Notes under the pieces: generated by a model
What the model saw: only the letters and a program-made list of their open reading frames with translations
Database searches by the model: none
What the model was told of the DNA's origin: nothing
Origin: an uncultured delta proteobacterium
GTDB taxonomy: Bacteria > Myxococcota > Myxococcia > Myxococcales > Myxococcaceae
Assembly: GCA_963796055.1 (NCBI GenBank)
Contig: CAWCKH010000004.1
Coordinates: forward strand, 1,472,001 to 1,536,000
Length of the DNA stretch: 64,000 bases
Direction: 5' to 3'
Translations under genes and position numbers: made by a program
Part shown: piece after piece, positions 60,636 through 64,000 of the stretch
Layout of the letters: the number at the start of each line of letters is the position of its first letter
Position numbering within the stretch: position 1 is the first letter of the stretch

Positions 60636-62270
60636 ATGGCTTCTGGTAGAGGTCCGGTCAGCCCGATGCACAGCCTGAGCTCCCCGCCGGCAGGCGACGA
60701 CCGACGTGCTCCCACCCGGGAGCGCTCCTGGGCTGCCGGAGACGCCGTGCCTGGAGCGGTCGCCGTGCTGGTGGTGGCGGCGGTGCTCTTCTCCGGCCTG
60801 GGAAGCCCGACCGGCGGAACCCATCCCGACGAGGGCCTGTATCTGGAGGCGGCCCGCGAGATGCACGATCGTGGGGACTGGCTCACGCCCACCGTCGACG
60901 GTCGTCCGGACTTCACCAAGCCGCCGCTGCTCTACTGGGCGATGGCGCTCAGCTTCTCGGTGTTCGGGACCACGCTCTGGGCGGCGCGTCTGCCGGTCGC
61001 GCTCGCCGCGCTGGCCCTGGCATGGGTGACGGGCCGGCTCACGCGCCGCGAGGTGGGAGAGGCCGCCGAGCCGGTGGCAATCCTCCTGGTGGGGACGTGT
61101 CTCGGCCTCCTCCGCTATGCCCGCGTCGATCTGATGGACGTACCCCTGGCCCTCGCCCTTGCCGTCGGGTCGTGGACACTCTGGCGGGTGGCGGACGGCG
61201 AATCGCCTCGGCTGCTCCTGGTCACGGGCGTGGCTGCCGCGGGGGCGGCGCTGCTGAAGGGCCCGGTGGGGCCGCTGCTGATGGTGCCCCCGGCGGCCGT
61301 GTACCTGTCCCGGCGCGGCCTGCTGAGGGCCCGCCTGGCCTGGCTGATCGGAGCGGCCCTGGTCGCGCTGGTGCTCGCGGTGCCCTGGTACGCGGCGATG
61401 GCGCACCGGCATGGCGGCGCCTTCGTCGGCCGATTCTTCGGCACCGAGAACGTGGGCAAGTTTCGCTTCCCGTGGACCGTGGAGGGCGAGCTGGGTCTCC
61501 TGCTCGCGCTCCCCGTGCTTCTCCTCCCCTGGACGCCGCTGGTCCGGGTGCGCGGCCCCGGCGCCGCCCTCGCCTGGCCCTGGGTCCTGGGCCTGCTCTT
61601 CCTCTACAGCCTGCCCGGGCTGAAGCACCCGCACTACGTGGTGCCGGCGCTCGCGCCGCTGGCGGTGCTGGCGAGCGCGGCACGACCGGGGCGGAGACGG
61701 ATCGGCAGCGCGGTGCTGCTGCTCGCTCTGGGGTTGGCCGGGTTACTGGCGCTGCGGTTCCCGCTGACCGCTCCGGTCCGCCTGGGACTGGTGTGTGCGG
61801 TGGCCCTGCTCGTGCTCTCGGCGGCGGCGGTGGGCCGCGGGGCGGTGCTGGCGGGAGCGGTGGGGTTCGCGGGCGCGGCCGCGCTTCTCTTCGGCAGTGT
61901 CCTCCCGGGAGCGGTGCCGCCTCCGGTGCCGCCCTGGGTGGGGGAGCGGGCGGGGTCGCGTCCTTTGTTCACCGCAACGCAGAACCCGGGCCTCTACTCG
62001 TTGCTGCTGGGACGGTCCGTCCACCGGGCGTCCGGAGAGGGCCCGATGCTCCGTGCGCTCGAGCAGGGGCAGGCGCTCCTGGTCACCCGGGACGAGCGGG
62101 CGCAGCTGCCTCCGGCGGTGACCGCACGCCTCATCCCCCTCGCCAGCTGGCCACGGCTCCGCGGGCGGCTTTCGGCGCAGGAGGTGGTGAGCGCCTGGCT
62201 GCGGGCCGATCCCGGGACGCTGTTCGAGCCGATGAGCCTGGAGGTCCTCGCCACCCCTCCTCCCCTTTGA
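60636..62270 (+). CDS. ArnT/PMT-like (GT83/GT39) membrane glycosyltransferase
   Basis: [37 protein letters not shown]; start uncertain. Confidence 0.87.
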   Translation: MASGRGPVSPMHSLSSPPAGDDRRAPTRERSWAAGDAVPGAVAVLVVAAVLFSGLGSPTGGTHPDEGLYLEAAREMHDRGDWLTPTVDGRPDFTKPPLLYWAMALSFSVFGTTLWAARLPVALAALALAWVTGRLTRREVGEAAEPVAILLVGTCLGLLRYARVDLMDVPLALALAVGSWTLWRVADGESPRLLLVTGVAAAGAALLKGPVGPLLMVPPAAVYLSRRGLLRARLAWLIGAALVALVLAVPWYAAMAHRHGGAFVGRFFGTENVGKFRFPWTVEGELGLLLALPVLLLPWTPLVRVRGPGAALAWPWVLGLLFLYSLPGLKHPHYVVPALAPLAVLASAARPGRRRIGSAVLLLALGLAGLLALRFPLTAPVRLGLVCAVALLVLSAAAVGRGAVLAGAVGFAGAAALLFGSVLPGAVPPPVPPWVGERAGSRPLFTATQNPGLYSLLLGRSVHRASGEGPMLRALEQGQALLVTRDERAQLPPAVTARLIPLASWPRLRGRLSAQEVVSAWLRADPGTLFEPMSLEVLATPPPL

Positions 62271-62275
62271 CCGGT

Positions 62276-62305
62276 TTGACGGGGGGAGCGACCAATCGAT
62301 AGTGT
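62276..62305 (+). promoter_or_regulatory. Possible sigma70-type promoter of metK
   Basis: TTGACG-N18-TAGTGT, 35 nt upstream of the ATG. Confidence 0.4.
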
Positions 62306-62340
62306 CCCGCGCCCTTTCGCAGCATACGGAAGACATCGCC

Positions 62341-63516
62341 ATGCCCAAGGATTTCCTGTTCACGTCCGAGTCGGTCACCGAGGGCCACCCGGACAAGGTG
62401 GCCGATCAGATCAGCGACGGCGTCCTCGACGCGATCATCGCCGGGGATCCCCGCGGCCGCGTGGCGGTGGAGACGCTGGTGAAGACCGGTCTGGCCATCG
62501 TGGCCGGCGAGGTCACCACCAGCACCTACGTCGACATCCCGAGCATCGTCCGCGGCACCATCGTCCGCATCGGCTACACGAGTAGCGAGATGGGCTACGA
62601 CGGCCACACGTGCGGGGTGATGGTGGCCATCGAGGGCCAGAGCCAGGACATCGCCCGCGGCGTGGACAACGACAAAGAGCAGGGCGCCGGCGACCAAGGG
62701 ATGATGTTCGGCTTCGCCTGTAACGAGACACCCGAGCTGATGCCGGCGCCCATCCACTACGCGCACGCGCTCACCCGGCGCCTGGCCGACGTGCGGCGCA
62801 AGTCGCTCGACTGGCTGCGCCCGGACGGAAAGAGCCAGGTGACGGTGCAGTACGAGAACGGCAAGCCGGTGCGCATCGACACCGTGGTGGTCTCGACCCA
62901 GCACGCGGACAGCGTCTCCAACAAGAAGATCCACGAGGCGGTGCGCGAGGAGGTCATCCTCAAGGCGCTGCCCAAGAAGCTGCTCGACCGGAAGACCCGC
63001 TTCTTCATCAATCCCACCGGCCGCTTCGTCATCGGCGGTCCGATGGGGGACTCGGGCCTCACCGGCCGGAAGATCATCGTCGACACCTACGGCGGCATGG
63101 GGCGGCACGGGGGCGGCGCGTTCAGCGGCAAGGACCCGAGCAAGGTGGACCGCTCGGCGGCGTACATGGGTCGCTACATCGCCAAGAACGTGGTGGCCGC
63201 CGGGCTCGCGGAGCGCTGCGAGGTCCAGGTGAGCTACGCGATCGGCGTCGCCGACCCGGTCTCGGTCATGGTGGAGACGTTCGGGACGGCGAAGGTCCCC
63301 GAGGAGCGCATCGCCGACGCGATCCGCAGGACGTTTAGCTTGAAGCCGCGGGAGATCATCGACCACCTCGACCTGCTCCGCCCCATCTACCAGAAGACCG
63401 CGAGCTACGGTCATTTCGGGCGCTCGGAGAAGGAGTTCACCTGGGAGCGCACCGACAAGAAGGACGCCCTCCGGGATGCGGTGGGCGCCCGGGCGCTCCG
63501 CGCCGTCGGGGGCTGA
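62341..63516 (+). CDS. metK: S-adenosylmethionine synthetase
   Basis: [35 protein letters not shown]. Confidence 0.98.
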   Translation: MPKDFLFTSESVTEGHPDKVADQISDGVLDAIIAGDPRGRVAVETLVKTGLAIVAGEVTTSTYVDIPSIVRGTIVRIGYTSSEMGYDGHTCGVMVAIEGQSQDIARGVDNDKEQGAGDQGMMFGFACNETPELMPAPIHYAHALTRRLADVRRKSLDWLRPDGKSQVTVQYENGKPVRIDTVVVSTQHADSVSNKKIHEAVREEVILKALPKKLLDRKTRFFINPTGRFVIGGPMGDSGLTGRKIIVDTYGGMGRHGGGAFSGKDPSKVDRSAAYMGRYIAKNVVAAGLAERCEVQVSYAIGVADPVSVMVETFGTAKVPEERIADAIRRTFSLKPREIIDHLDLLRPIYQKTASYGHFGRSEKEFTWERTDKKDALRDAVGARALRAVGG

Positions 63517-63639
63517 GCAGCCTCCGACTCGCCGGACGGGGCGCGGCAGCGCCGATTGCCTGATCCAGGGTTGCTCACCCATCTGTGACGGGGGCGGGCC
63601 ACTGGATCTGTCGGCGCCGTTCGGTCCAAGTTCCCGCGC

Positions 63640-64000
63640 GTGAGAGCCGACATCATCCCCGGAGCGTCGTTCCCCGACTACGAGCTCACCGACCACAGCG
63701 GCAAGCGGCGGAAGCTCTCCGAGCTGCAGGGGCCGGATCCGCTGGTTCTGGTCCTCAGCCGCGGCGCCTTCTGCCCGAAGGACCGCCGGCAGCACGAGGG
63801 GCTGGCGGAGCTGCACCGCGAGATGGAGGTGGGGTACTGCCGGATGGTGACCATCTCCACCGATACGCTCCTGGAGCTGAACGAGTTCCGGAAGGCGGTG
63901 GACGCCCACTGGACGTTCCTCTCCGACGCCGGACGCAAGATCCAGAAGGACCTGGACATCGCCGAGTACACCGACCCCACGCATAACCCGATGGTCCCCC
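63640..64000 (+). CDS. AhpC/TSA-redoxin family protein (runs off the window end; absent from the ORF track)
   Basis: Manual translation from GTG 63640: MRADIIPGASFPDYELTDHSGKRRKLSELQGPDPLVLVLSRGAFCPKD...VTISTD...FLSD. Confidence 0.8.
   Translation, partial: MRADIIPGASFPDYELTDHSGKRRKLSELQGPDPLVLVLSRGAFCPKDRRQHEGLAELHREMEVGYCRMVTISTDTLLELNEFRKAVDAHWTFLSDAGRKIQKDLDIAEYTDPTHNPMVP

Overview
Very GC-rich chromosomal window. Gene content (Cys-rich lipoproteins, a DUF4388/PATAN response regulator, sigma54 promoters, an hprK-rapZ-PTS-metK neighbourhood) points to a myxobacterium (Myxococcota); this is an inference. Left to right: dnaK, a MATE exporter, a livKHMGF ABC transporter, hsp20, thpR, proS, two tandem lipoprotein paralogs, a response regulator, a Ni/Co transporter, nagZ, an orphan sdhC-like gene plus gshB, a PQQ-type sugar dehydrogenase, a five-gene DUF4175/TPR-peptidase/MoxR/DUF58/BatA operon, a sigma54-driven small ORF plus comEA, and tandem M13 peptidases. 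Then a cobalamin riboswitch heading a six-gene B12 uptake operon (btuB, a Cys-rich beta-propeller lipoprotein, btuFCD, tonB), a fur-family regulator, a HIT hydrolase, an OMP/YceI pair, a GT22-like glycosyltransferase, hprK-rapZ-mannose-class PTS-ptsH-ptsI, a decayed three-gene remnant, PPK2, an M16 peptidase pair, an ArnT-like transferase, metK and a truncated redoxin. I saw no rRNA, tRNA, CRISPR array, integrase or transposase. The best candidates for uncharacterised biology are the Cys-rich propeller lipoprotein in the B12 operon (a possible BtuG analogue) with a divergent TonB-domain lipoprotein, the sigma54 small-protein/comEA unit, and the MoxR operon carrying a secreted TPR-metallopeptidase. 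All family calls come from motif recognition by eye, not database searches.
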